Of a DNA stretch of 64,000 nucleotides, positions 39,523-48,761 are shown one piece after another. Source of the stretch: an uncultured delta proteobacterium (GTDB lineage Bacteria; Myxococcota_A; UBA9160; SMWR01). The stretch spans positions 512,001-576,000 of the forward strand of contig CAWHTE010000003.1 of assembly GCA_963832165.1 (NCBI GenBank), read 5' to 3'. The notes below the pieces were generated by a model. The model ran no database searches, was not told the DNA's origin, and saw only the letters and a list, made by a program, of their open reading frames with translations. The position numbers were made by a program, and so were the translations under genes. How positions within the stretch are numbered: position 1 is the stretch's first letter; each line of letters opens with the position of its first letter.

Positions 39523-40692
39523 AGATCCTCGTGATGGGTGGCACCCAGTTCAACGGGCTCGCACTCGTGCGCGAGCTCGTGCGGACGGGCCACGACGTCT
39601 CGGTCTGCAACCGCGGAAAGACCGCGGCCGATCTGCCGCGACAGGTCGCGCGCTTGATCGCCGATCGCACCGATCCCGCTGCGCTGCGCGCGGCGCTCGC
39701 GGGTCGCGACTGGGACTGCGTGTTCGACATCAGCGCGTATCGCCCCGAGGACGCGCGCCTCATGAGCGAGATCCTGCGCGGGCGGACCGGCCACTACGTG
39801 TTCGCGAGCTCCACGGTGATCTACGCACCGAGCGATCTGCTGCCGATCACCGAGGACCACCCGCTCGACACGAGCGAGCGCCAGAACGAATACGGTCGCA
39901 ACAAGATCCTGTGCGAGGAGATCCTGCTTCGCGAGCACCGCGAGCGCGGCTTCCCGGCCACGATCGCGGCGTTCTCGATGGTGTTCGGCCCGAACAACAT
40001 CATCCCCGACCGCGAGCAGCGCATGTTCGTGCGGCTCGCGCGCGGGCGCCCGGTGCTGGTCCCGGGCGATGGAACCACGCTCGGTCAGGTCGGTCATGTC
40101 GACGACGAGGCGCGCGCGCTGCGCATGATGGCGGGGAAGTCGGTCGCGATCGGACGGCGCTACAACCTCACGGGCGGCGACATGTTCAGCGACGAGGGCT
40201 ACGTCGACACGTTCGCGGACGTGGTCGGGTGCCGCGCCCGAGAAGCTGTCCATCCCCGCGGCCTGGATGGACGATCTCTACGCGGGGCGCATGTCGATCT
40301 CGGGGCGGCCGCTCCAGGCAAACGTCGACACGCGCACGGTGGGGTACGACGCCCGCTCTGCCGCACTGTTCGGCGTGCAGCGGATCCTGCAGCGCCTCGC
40401 GCCGCACCTGCACCACTGGAACCGCAGCGTCTTCTTCTCGATCGAGCGCCTGCGCCGCGACATCGGCTGGGAGCCCGAGTACACGTTCCCGGCGGCGGTC
40501 GCGCAGACCTGGGAGTGGATGCAGAGCACGGGGCTCGTCCGCACGCGCGACTTCGACTTCTCGTTCGAAGACGACCTGATCGCGAAGATCCGGGCGTGCA
40601 AGCGGCCGGAGGCCGCGCGCAGCGAGGCGAAGGTGAGCGAAGACGATCGGGGTTGCCGAGCGAAGATCGGACGGGTGGATAGAATCCTCTGA
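39519..40692 (+). CDS. NAD-dependent epimerase/dehydratase family protein, frameshift near 40239
   Basis: MKILVMGGTQFNG Rossmann start, YGRNK (YxxxK), C-terminal LRRDIGWEPEY in ORF 40267..40692. Confidence 0.85.
40616..40678 (+). repeat. Short repeat copy 2 plus partial third unit, encodes RSEAKVSEDDRG at the epimerase C-terminus
   Basis: CGCGCAGCGAGGCGAAGGTGAGCGAAGACGATCGGG followed by CCGAGCGAAGATCGGACGGGTGG. Confidence 0.6.
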
Positions 40693-42372
40693 TGGCAGAC
40701 GTTCGGGAAATCGAAGCGCGGCTGACGGGTCCCGGCGGCCTGTTCGAAGTGGTGACCGAGGACGTGCGCGGCCGGCCGCTGCGCGTGTTCAAGAACCGCA
40801 CGCGCTCGCTGCGCGCGCTGCTCGAGAGCTCGCGCGCGCACGGCGACAAGGAGTACATCGTCTACGCGGGCGAGCGCATCACGTACGCGCAGCACTTCGC
40901 GCGCGTGTCGGCGTTCGCGCACGTGCTTCGCGAGCGCTACGGCGTCCGGTCGGGGGAGCGCGTCGCGATCCTGGCCGCGAACCGCCCCGAGTGGCTGATC
41001 GCGTTCTGGGCCACGGTGAGCGTCGGGCGGCGTGGTCGCGGCGCTGAACGGCTGGTGGACCGAGGACGAGATCCGCTACGGCATCAGCGACAGCGATCCG
41101 GTGGTCGTGATCGGCGATCGCGTCGCGCCTCGCGCGGCTGCGGTGCCCGCGGCGCCGGCGTTCCGGTCGTGGAGATGGAGTCGGAGTTCGCGCAGCTCGA
41201 GGCGAGCGGCGCGGGAAAGCCGCTGCCCGACGCGGACATCGCCGAGGACGATCCCGCGGTGATCCTCTACACGAGCGGCACCACGGGGCGGCCGAAGGGC
41301 GCCGTGAACACGCACCGCGGGATCTGCGGCTTCGTCTCGGTGGGCATGTTCAACGGTGTGAAGATGATGGTCTACGCGGCCGAGTCGGGTCGCAAGCCGG
41401 CGGGTGGCGCACCGGCGAGCCCGTCGATGCTCGTCACGGTGCCGCTCTTCCATCTCTCGGGGCTCTACTCGGGCTGCGTGATGATGCTCGCCGCCGGCGC
41501 GAAGTGCGTGTACCGCCCCGGCCGCTTCGACCCCGGGGATGTGCTGCGCCTGATCGAGCAGGAGCGCATCACGTCGTGGCCTGCGCTCGGCAACATGCCA
41601 CACCGCGTCGTGTCACACCCCGACATCGCGAAGTACGACCTCTCGAGCATGAGCAACATCGGCGGCGGAGGCGGGCCCACGAGTCCCGAGATCCAGCGCC
41701 GCCTGCGCGAGGCGTTTCCGTCGAGCAAGGGGGCCATGGGGCTCGGCTACGGGCTCTCCGAGTCGGTGACTGCGGTGGCGATGATCACGGGCGACGAGCT
41801 GCTCGCGCATCCGACCTCGGTCGGGCGCCCCGCGGCGACGCACGAGATCGAGATCCGCGACCCCGACGGTAAGCCGCATGCCCGAGGGCATCGAAGGCGA
41901 GATCTACATCCGCAGCCCGTATCTGATGCGCGAGTACTGGCGCAAGCCCGAGGCCACGCGCGAGGTGCTGGTCGCAGACGGCTGGCTGCGCACGGGCGAC
42001 ATCGGACACTTCGAGGACGGCCGCCTCTACATCAACTCGCGCGCGCGCGACATGATCCTGCGCGGCGGCGAGAACATCTACCCCGTGGAGATCGAGCAGC
42101 GCATCGAGACGCATCCCGACGTCGCCGAGGCGGCCGTGCTCGGCGTCGACCACGAGGAGCTCGGCCAGGAGGTGAAGGCCGTGGTCGTGCCGCGCGAAGG
42201 CGCACGCGTCGATCCGGCGGCGCTCGCGGCCTGGGTGGGCGAGACGCTCGCGGCCTACAAGGTGCCCGCGCACTGGGAGGTGCGCGCCGAGCCGCTGCCG
42301 CGCAACGCCGCGGGCAAGGTGCTCAAGAACGTGCTCGCGGGCGCGGCGCAGAACCAGTTCGTCGAGGAATAG
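40692..42372 (+). CDS. Acyl-CoA synthetase (class I adenylate-forming), frameshifts near 41025, 41120-41150 and 41876
   Basis: ILYTSGTTGRPKG, PLFH, GYGLSE, GWLRTGDIG, RGGENIYP, LPRNAAGKVLK. Confidence 0.9.
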
Positions 42373-42378
42373 GCCGGA

Positions 42379-42816
42379 CTAGCATCCGCAACCGGGCCGG
42401 CCCGCGCAGGCGAGACCCGACGGCCCCGGAATCGGGCCGCCGAGCACGCCGCGGAACTTCGGGACGAAGTAGTCGCCGAAGTCGGTCGAGTCGACCGTGC
42501 CGCTGCAGTCCATGTCCGTTCCCTGGCGGCTCGGAACCCCGGTCTTGAACGACGTGACGAAGTAGCGGCTGAAGTCCGCCGCACTCACGTCGCCGGACTG
42601 ATCGAAGTCGGCGTCGCAGGCGTTGCCGTAGCCGTCGCAGTCGCTGTCGTAGTCGCGGTTCGCGACCGCGTTGCGCGAGTCCGCGCTGCACTTGTCGCGC
42701 ACGTCCGGGATTCCATCCCCATCCGCGTCGGGCCCGGCCGCGCTCGCGGAGTAGGGCCCGAACCAGAAGCACGAGACGGCGGCGGCGATCGCGACTCCAG
42801 CTCCGAAGCGCGTCAC
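42379..42816 (-). CDS. Small secreted Ca-binding protein (TSP3-like repeats plus duplicated dockerin/EF-hand-like loops)
   Basis: Signal peptide; DADGDGIPDVRDKC, DSDCDGYGNACDADFDQSGDVSAADF, DMDCSGTVDSTDF, PGPSGLACAG. Confidence 0.75.
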   Translation of the reverse strand: MTRFGAGVAIAAAVSCFWFGPYSASAAGPDADGDGIPDVRDKCSADSRNAVANRDYDSDCDGYGNACDADFDQSGDVSAADFSRYFVTSFKTGVPSRQGTDMDCSGTVDSTDFGDYFVPKFRGVLGGPIPGPSGLACAGRPGCGC

Positions 42817-42819
42817 TCG

Positions 42820-43497
42820 CTAGGCCGATCCCGGTGCGAGCTCCCCGGTCGCGCCGCCGCACGCGATCAGCTGCCGGCGCAGGTTCTCTGCGCGCGTGCG
42901 GCGCCGCGCGCGCAGCGCATCGCTGTCGCACAGCCGGTCGAGCACGGCGCAGCCCCATTCGATGTGGCGGCGCGTCTTGCGGGAGATCTCGTCGAGGATC
43001 TCGATCGTGGGCGCATCCGAGATCTGGTCGGTCTCGCGCATGTGGATCTCGTAGAGCTCGAGGAGGTGCGGCTTGAGCACGTCGAAGAGGCCGACGAGCT
43101 TCTCGATCGTCTGGTCGGGCTGCTCGGGTGCCGCGATCTCCTGCACGAACGCTACGAACCCCGAATTGCCGGCCTCGGACTGCGTGAGCGATTTGCGCCC
43201 GCAGCGCAGCTCGGGCAGCCGCTTGCCGAACTCGTCGGCCGCGCGCGCGGTCTCCCAGATCACCTTGCCGAGCCCGGTCTTCACGGGCAGCTCGGGAATC
43301 GTGGCGACCCAGCCGCCCATGATCATCATCATCCACTCCTCCGCATAGCGGAAGTTGCGGACGCGGCGCGCGGTGGCCTCGACGTCGTAGCGGCCGTGCA
43401 GCTCGCGCAGGTCGGCCGGGATGTCGAACGCGGAGTAGGGCGCGAACGAGGTGCGCTCCTCCTGGCTCGTGCCGGGATACATCCGGGGTTCACTCAC
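42820..43497 (-). CDS. Hypothetical ferritin-like helical protein, metal ligands degenerate
   Basis: GTG start overlaps the upstream stop; all-helical; FRYAEE, WETARAADEFGKRLPELR, DAPTIEIL...RRHIEW. Confidence 0.65.
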   Translation of the reverse strand: MSEPRMYPGTSQEERTSFAPYSAFDIPADLRELHGRYDVEATARRVRNFRYAEEWMMMIMGGWVATIPELPVKTGLGKVIWETARAADEFGKRLPELRCGRKSLTQSEAGNSGFVAFVQEIAAPEQPDQTIEKLVGLFDVLKPHLLELYEIHMRETDQISDAPTIEILDEISRKTRRHIEWGCAVLDRLCDSDALRARRRTRAENLRRQLIACGGATGELAPGSA

Positions 43498-44434
43498 GGG
43501 CGTTTCCCTTCGCGAGGTGGCGCTCGCGCACGATCTTCGCCGCCGCGCGCATCGTGTCGCGCGTCGGACCGCTGCCCGAGAGCGTCTTGAGATCCTCGAG
43601 CTCGTCCTCGGTGAAGCCCGCCTCGCGGCGAACCTCCATCGCGATCGGGATCGCCGCGTCCTCGCGCTCGCTGCGCGCTCCGCCGAAGCTGAACTGCTTG
43701 TCGACCTGACGGCGGAACTCTTGGGCGCGCTCGTACCGCTCCGGATCTTCGCGCGTGAACTCGCGCACCCAGTCGCTGCCGAAGCGCACATGGGTGAGCT
43801 CGTCGGCGAGCACGTAGTCGATCGCCTGGCGCATCGTCTCGTCGCCGGTCGCCTCGGCGTACCGGATCATGTCGCGGAACACGTCGCACGCGAGCCCTTC
43901 GAGCCCGCGGTTCACGCCTGCGACGCGCAGCGCGGGATCGTCCGAGCACGCGCACTCGAACAGGAACGTGCTTTCGGGGAACATGCCCGGCGCGCCGCCG
44001 ACGTAGGCGAGCAGCTTCTCGTAGATCTGCACGTGGCGCGCCTCGTCCCAGCACTGGCGCGCCATGTTCATCTTGAACTCCCACGGCGCGTCCGGGAAAT
44101 CCCAGAGCGAGCGGCCCGCGCCCTCGAGCGCCTGGAGCTCGCCCACGAAGATCCCATGCATGCGCAGCTGGAGGCGCGTCTGCACCGCGGGGTCGTCGGG
44201 CGTCAGCGGCTCGTTCAGCGTGACGAGTCCGAACGCAGGCCCGTACTGCTCGAAGAGCGGCTCGGCGGCGGTGCCGCGCGCGGACGCCTCGATCATTGGC
44301 GCGAGCTTCTCGAACACGTTCGCGACGGCGTCCACGTCATCGGGCAGCGTCGAGAGCACGGTCGCGGCGACGTTGTCCTGGCGCACGAAGCGACTGTCGC
44401 GCGCGAGCTCCGAGTGATGGATGAAGCGCTTCAT
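43490..44434 (-). CDS. DUF455-like ferritin-like diiron protein
   Basis: RBS GGAGG; ligand pattern MHGIFVGELQALE / WDEARH / LEGLACD / ADELTHV. Confidence 0.8.
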   Translation of the reverse strand: MKRFIHHSELARDSRFVRQDNVAATVLSTLPDDVDAVANVFEKLAPMIEASARGTAAEPLFEQYGPAFGLVTLNEPLTPDDPAVQTRLQLRMHGIFVGELQALEGAGRSLWDFPDAPWEFKMNMARQCWDEARHVQIYEKLLAYVGGAPGMFPESTFLFECACSDDPALRVAGVNRGLEGLACDVFRDMIRYAEATGDETMRQAIDYVLADELTHVRFGSDWVREFTREDPERYERAQEFRRQVDKQFSFGGARSEREDAAIPIAMEVRREAGFTEDELEDLKTLSGSGPTRDTMRAAAKIVRERHLAKGNARE

Positions 44435-44491
44435 GGGCACCTCCCAGGCATGCGGGCGTACCCCCAGGATAGTAGGCCGACCGACCCGTTG

Positions 44492-44944
44492 TCAGCGCCG
44501 CGGTGTGAAGTCGAGATCCGGCGGCGGGAAATCGGGCAGCTTCCACTTGATGAACGGCTTGTCCTTCTGGTCGTGCCACGCGTTCGCGGACACGATCGCG
44601 TCGTGAAATGCCTTCTCGAACGCGGGGAAGTCGCGCGCCTTGAGCGGCGCCTCGAGCTTCGACCAGTCCTTCTCCATGTACTCGTTCAGCGCGTCTTCGT
44701 GCTTCGGGCGCACGAAGCCGGCGAGCTCGAACAGCCCCTTGGTCTCCTTCCACTGCCATATCGCGTTCTCCCAGTTGCCCGCCTTCGCGGCGTAGAAGAG
44801 CTTCCAGGTGCGCGCCCCGACCTCGGGCATGATCCGTGCGAGCCCCGGCTGGATGATCGAGAGCTCGTCGATCGTGAGGTCCTTCTGCTTGCCGTTCGAG
44901 AACGTCATGCTCGCGACGATCTCTTTGACTCGTGTCTCGTCCAT
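44492..44944 (-). CDS. Hypothetical four-helix protein resembling cytochrome c'-like proteins but with ANAWH in place of CxxCH
   Basis: RBS GGAGG; QPGLARIM, KLFYAAKAGNW, KARDFPAFEKAF, SANAWH...PFI; no signal peptide. Confidence 0.65.
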   Translation of the reverse strand: MDETRVKEIVASMTFSNGKQKDLTIDELSIIQPGLARIMPEVGARTWKLFYAAKAGNWENAIWQWKETKGLFELAGFVRPKHEDALNEYMEKDWSKLEAPLKARDFPAFEKAFHDAIVSANAWHDQKDKPFIKWKLPDFPPPDLDFTPRR

Positions 44945-45013
44945 TTGCGCCTCCTGTCCCGCACTCGCCGCGGGGTCGCGTATCGTATAGTGGGGACCCG
45001 AGGAGGGCCAGCG

Positions 45014-45478
45014 ATGCCGAAGCGCCGCAATCAGATCTCGATGACCGACGAGGATGTCTGGAAGTTCATCGAAGAGCGCAAGAGCCTCCAGGTGGCGACG
45101 ATCGGCGCCGACGGCGCGCCGCACCTGACCACGCTCTGGTTCGTGATCGTCGATGGCGAGATCGCGTTCGAGACGTTCACAAAGTCGCAGAAGATCGTGA
45201 ACCTGAAGCGCGACCCGCGCATCGCGGTGCTCGTCGAGGACGGCATCACGTACAACGAGCTGCGCGGTGTAGCGATCAATGGCCGCGCCGTGCTGCACGA
45301 GGATCCCGCGGTCGTGATCCCATACGCGCAGGCGATGGTCCGCCGCAATCAGCCCGAGGTCCCCGAAGAGCACGTCGAGGCGGCCGCCCAGATGATGGCG
45401 AGGAAGCGCACCGTGGTGGTGGTCAAGCCCGAGAAGATCGTCTCGTGGGACCACCGCAAGCTCGGCGGCTCCTACTAG
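45014..45478 (+). CDS. Pyridoxamine 5'-phosphate oxidase-like (PPOX class, putative F420/FMN) protein
   Basis: RBS AGGAGG; VATIGADGAPH, SQKIVNLKRDPR, YNELRGV, SWDHRKL. Confidence 0.88.
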   Translation: MPKRRNQISMTDEDVWKFIEERKSLQVATIGADGAPHLTTLWFVIVDGEIAFETFTKSQKIVNLKRDPRIAVLVEDGITYNELRGVAINGRAVLHEDPAVVIPYAQAMVRRNQPEVPEEHVEAAAQMMARKRTVVVVKPEKIVSWDHRKLGGSY

Positions 45479-45479
45479 C

Positions 45480-46880
45480 GTGGCCCTCGCCGCTAAGGCG
45501 CCGTTGTCGCGAGAAGCGCTGCTTGCGGATCCGGAGTGGGGCGCCACGTTCCGCGAGATCGAGCAGATCGCGGGCGGGCGCATCTGTGCAGTGGAGCGCC
45601 AGGCGCGCTGGCGACCCGCGTGGTTCTGTGAGCTCGATCGCGACGGCGAACGCTTCTCGGTGTACTACCGCGGCGACCGCGGCGTCCAGGACGACGGCGT
45701 CGAGACGTTGCGCCGCGAGATGGAGGTGCTGCGCACGCTCGAGGCGAACGGCATCCCCGTGTCGCACGTGTTCGGCTTCTGCGAGACGAAGCCCGGCATC
45801 GTGATGGAGACTTCGCCCGGGCGCGCGAACCTCGCCACGGCCGAGAGCGAGGACGAGCGCCGCGCGGTGCTCGCCCACTACCTCGACCTGCTCGCCGACA
45901 TCCACCGCCTCGACCCGGGGCTGTTCGAGAAGCTCGGCATGCCGCGGCCTCACACGCCCTCCGAGCGCAGCCTCGCCGACCTGCCGCGCTGGCTCGCGCT
46001 CTATCACCGCAGCAAGAACCAGCCCGAGCCCGTGATCGAGCTCGTGCTCGGCTGGCTGCGCGAGAACGTTCCGTCGCACCGCACCCGCGTGTCGTGCCTG
46101 GTCGGCGACTCGGGCCAGTTCCTGTTCGATCGCGGCCGCGTCACCGCGGTGCTCGACGTGGAGCTGGCCACGATCGGAGACCCGCTCGCCGACATCGGCG
46201 CGCTGCTCTCGCGCGATCTGTCCGAGCCGCTCGGCGATCTCTCGCGCGGGATCGCGCACTACCGCGAGCGCACGGGCGACGACTTCGACGCGCGCGACAT
46301 GCTCTACCAGGCGGTGCGCTTCTGCATCTTCACCCCGATGGCGACGTGCTGGCTGTGCGCGAAGCCGCCGCCGGGGCTGAACCTCGTGCAGTACGAGGCA
46401 TGGAATCTCGTCTATGGGCGCGTTCCGCTCGAGATGATCGCGGAGTACGACGGCATCGAGATCGACGTGCCCGAGCTGCCGGCGCCGCGCGACCACCGAC
46501 ACGCGATCGTGTTGGACCACCTCGTCTCCGAGCTCGCCGCGCCCGGCGGAGCCGACGCCTATCGCTTCGATCTCGCGCGCCGCGTGGCCGAGTACGCGCG
46601 CGAGATCGACCGGCGCGGCGCACGTCTCGAGGAGCAGGACCTCGAGGAGGCCGGGGCGCTGCTCGGACGGCGCCCGCGCGACTGGCGCGAGGCGGACGCC
46701 GAGCTCGAGCGCCGCGCGATCGCGGCGGGGCCCGCCGAGCGGCCCGCGCTGCTGCGCTTCCTGGTCCGGCGCTCGCTGCGAAACGAAGCGCTGCTCGGAC
46801 CGGCAATTCGCGAGCTCGCGGGCGCGCGCGCGCAGCCGATTCTGCTTCCTGCAGGCGTCGCCCGCTCGCGAATTGCTTGA
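45480..46880 (+). CDS. Phosphotransferase family protein (APH/ACAD10-like kinase fold)
   Basis: RQARWRPAW, REMEVL..L...GIPV, LVGDSGQFL, VLDVELATIGDPLADI. Confidence 0.78.
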   Translation: MALAAKAPLSREALLADPEWGATFREIEQIAGGRICAVERQARWRPAWFCELDRDGERFSVYYRGDRGVQDDGVETLRREMEVLRTLEANGIPVSHVFGFCETKPGIVMETSPGRANLATAESEDERRAVLAHYLDLLADIHRLDPGLFEKLGMPRPHTPSERSLADLPRWLALYHRSKNQPEPVIELVLGWLRENVPSHRTRVSCLVGDSGQFLFDRGRVTAVLDVELATIGDPLADIGALLSRDLSEPLGDLSRGIAHYRERTGDDFDARDMLYQAVRFCIFTPMATCWLCAKPPPGLNLVQYEAWNLVYGRVPLEMIAEYDGIEIDVPELPAPRDHRHAIVLDHLVSELAAPGGADAYRFDLARRVAEYAREIDRRGARLEEQDLEEAGALLGRRPRDWREADAELERRAIAAGPAERPALLRFLVRRSLRNEALLGPAIRELAGARAQPILLPAGVARSRIA

Positions 46881-46933
46881 TCTCGGGCATCGCCGCGGGC
46901 TATAACACGGTTACCCATTCCTTAACGCCGTTA
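46877..46933 (+). promoter_or_regulatory. Sigma70 promoter overlapped by tandem palindromic operators (likely TetR autorepression)
   Basis: TTGATC (46877)-N18-TATAAC (46901); TAAC-acg-GTTA at 46903-46913 and TAAC-gcc-GTTA at 46923-46933. Confidence 0.72.
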
Positions 46934-47010
46934 CGATCGGCGGGTCGTAGCGGCAGACATTGACGAGGCTCGTGGGAACGCCCCTCCCACGGAGCCGAAG
47001 CGGAAGCACC

Positions 47011-47622
47011 ATGTCCCACCCGGAACCCTCCCCTGTGCAGCACACCCCTGTCCGCGATCCGCGGCGCGAGATCCTCGGCGCGGCGTCCGCGCTGCTCTAC
47101 GAGGGCGGCGCGGATGGCCTCACGATCCGGCGCCTGGCGCTGCGCTGCGGCTACACGGCGCCCGCGATCTACCACATCTTCGGCGACAAGGCGGGTCTCC
47201 TCGACGCGATCCTGCGCGAGGCGATCGACGAGCTGATCGAGCGGATCGACCAGGTGCCCGAGCATCCCGAGCCGCGCGAGCGGCTGCGCGCGCAGTTCCG
47301 CGAAATCGTGCGCTTCGGCCGCGAGCACCCGACCAACTACCGCCTGATCGAGGCGCTGCGTCCGGAGCAGGTGCCGCCGATCCTCGACGTCGAGGAGACG
47401 ACACGGCGCCTCCGGGAGCCGCTCGTGAGCATGGCGAGCTCGGGCGAGTTTGCGGCCGATCCCATGGTCGTCCATCAGGCGATGTGGGCGTTGATGCACG
47501 GCCTGATCTCGCTGCCCGCGTCGCGTCCTGACGTCGAGTGGCGCGAGGGCTTCGAGGAGGTCGCGTTCGACGCGATGCTCTCTGGACTGCTGGGAGCAGC
47601 CGCGGACGGACGCCAGCGGTGA
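47011..47622 (+). CDS. TetR/AcrR family transcriptional regulator
   Basis: HTH ILGAASALLYEGG.DGLTIRRLA..CGYTAPAIYHIFGDKAGLL; WALMHG. Confidence 0.92.
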   Translation: MSHPEPSPVQHTPVRDPRREILGAASALLYEGGADGLTIRRLALRCGYTAPAIYHIFGDKAGLLDAILREAIDELIERIDQVPEHPEPRERLRAQFREIVRFGREHPTNYRLIEALRPEQVPPILDVEETTRRLREPLVSMASSGEFAADPMVVHQAMWALMHGLISLPASRPDVEWREGFEEVAFDAMLSGLLGAAADGRQR

Positions 47623-48761
47623 AACCCTGGCTGGGTCTGCTGGCCGTCGGCGCGCTCTGGGCCTGCGGCGGCGAGGACGTGGCCGACGCCAAGGGGACGC
47701 CCGTCACCGCCGAACGTGTGTCCGGGCACAAGATCGTCGAGCAGATCCAGGCCACTGGAGAGCTGCTCGCGGTCGAGGAAGCCAGCGTCGCCGCCGAGGT
47801 GGGCGGGCGCATCACCGCAATGCGCGTATCCGAGGGCGCGCCCGTTTCGGCGGGCGACGTCGTGCTCGAGATCGACCGGGAGCGCCGCGAGCTCGAGCTT
47901 GCGAACGAGCGCGCCATCGTGGCCGGCGCTCGCTCCGAGATTGCACAGGAGCGCCGCGAGGTCGACCGGATCCGCACCCTCCACTCGAGAGAGGCCGCGT
48001 CACAGGCGCAGCTCGACGCCGCGAACACGCGCCTGGCTTCTGCGCAGGCGGTGCTCGCCGCCGCCGAGGCCAAGCTCGGGCTCGCGCGGCTCGCGCTGCG
48101 CAACGCGAGCGTGGCGGCGCCGTTCGACGGACTCGTGGCGCGGCGCTTCGTCTCGGCGGGCGACCACGTGTCCGAAGGCGAGAAGCTGTTCGACCTCGTC
48201 GCGCTCGACCCGATCGAAGTCGAGTTCCATCTCACCGAGCGCGATTCCGCGCGCGTCGCGGTGGGCCACACCGTGGAGGTGCGCGTCACGCCGTATCCGA
48301 ACGAGGTGTTCCACGCGACCGTGCACGTCGTCTCCCCGCGCATCGACGCCGCCACACGCACGCTGCGCGTGAAAGCGCGCGTGGAGAATTCCGAGCGCAA
48401 GCTGCGCCCGGGCCTGTTCGCGCGCACCGACCTCGGCGTCGCGGTGCGCGAGCGCGTGCCGATGATCCCCGAGCAGGCCGTGCTACAGCGCTCGGACGGA
48501 TCGGTGGTGTTCGTCGTGCGCGACGGCAACCGCGCCGAGCGCCGCCAGGTACAGCTCGGTGTGTTCCGCGACGGGCTCGCCGAGGTCGTGGACGGTGTCT
48601 CGGTCGGCGACGAGGTGATCGTGCGCGGCAGCTCGCGGCTGGTCGATGGGTCGGTGATCGACCTGCGCCAGGACGACGGACGCCCGATCGACGTGCTCGG
48701 AGAGGACAACGAGAAGCCGGCCGTCGCGGGGGCGCCGGCACCCGCGCGCTCGATTCCGTGA
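47619..48761 (+). CDS. RND periplasmic adaptor lipoprotein
   Basis: GTG overlapping the TetR stop; lipobox LWAC; APFDGLV, IDAATRT, LRPGLFA. Confidence 0.9.
   Translation: MKPWLGLLAVGALWACGGEDVADAKGTPVTAERVSGHKIVEQIQATGELLAVEEASVAAEVGGRITAMRVSEGAPVSAGDVVLEIDRERRELELANERAIVAGARSEIAQERREVDRIRTLHSREAASQAQLDAANTRLASAQAVLAAAEAKLGLARLALRNASVAAPFDGLVARRFVSAGDHVSEGEKLFDLVALDPIEVEFHLTERDSARVAVGHTVEVRVTPYPNEVFHATVHVVSPRIDAATRTLRVKARVENSERKLRPGLFARTDLGVAVRERVPMIPEQAVLQRSDGSVVFVVRDGNRAERRQVQLGVFRDGLAEVVDGVSVGDEVIVRGSSRLVDGSVIDLRQDDGRPIDVLGEDNEKPAVAGAPAPARSIP

Noticed and set aside
39476..40678. The 36-nt repeat as a CRISPR remnant
   Set aside because: Two copies 1.1 kb apart inside coding ends, no spacers and no cas genes.
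38581..46880. Secondary-metabolite biosynthetic cluster
   Set aside because: No carrier protein, PKS/NRPS or precursor peptide; mixed orientations fit catabolic or accessory genes better.
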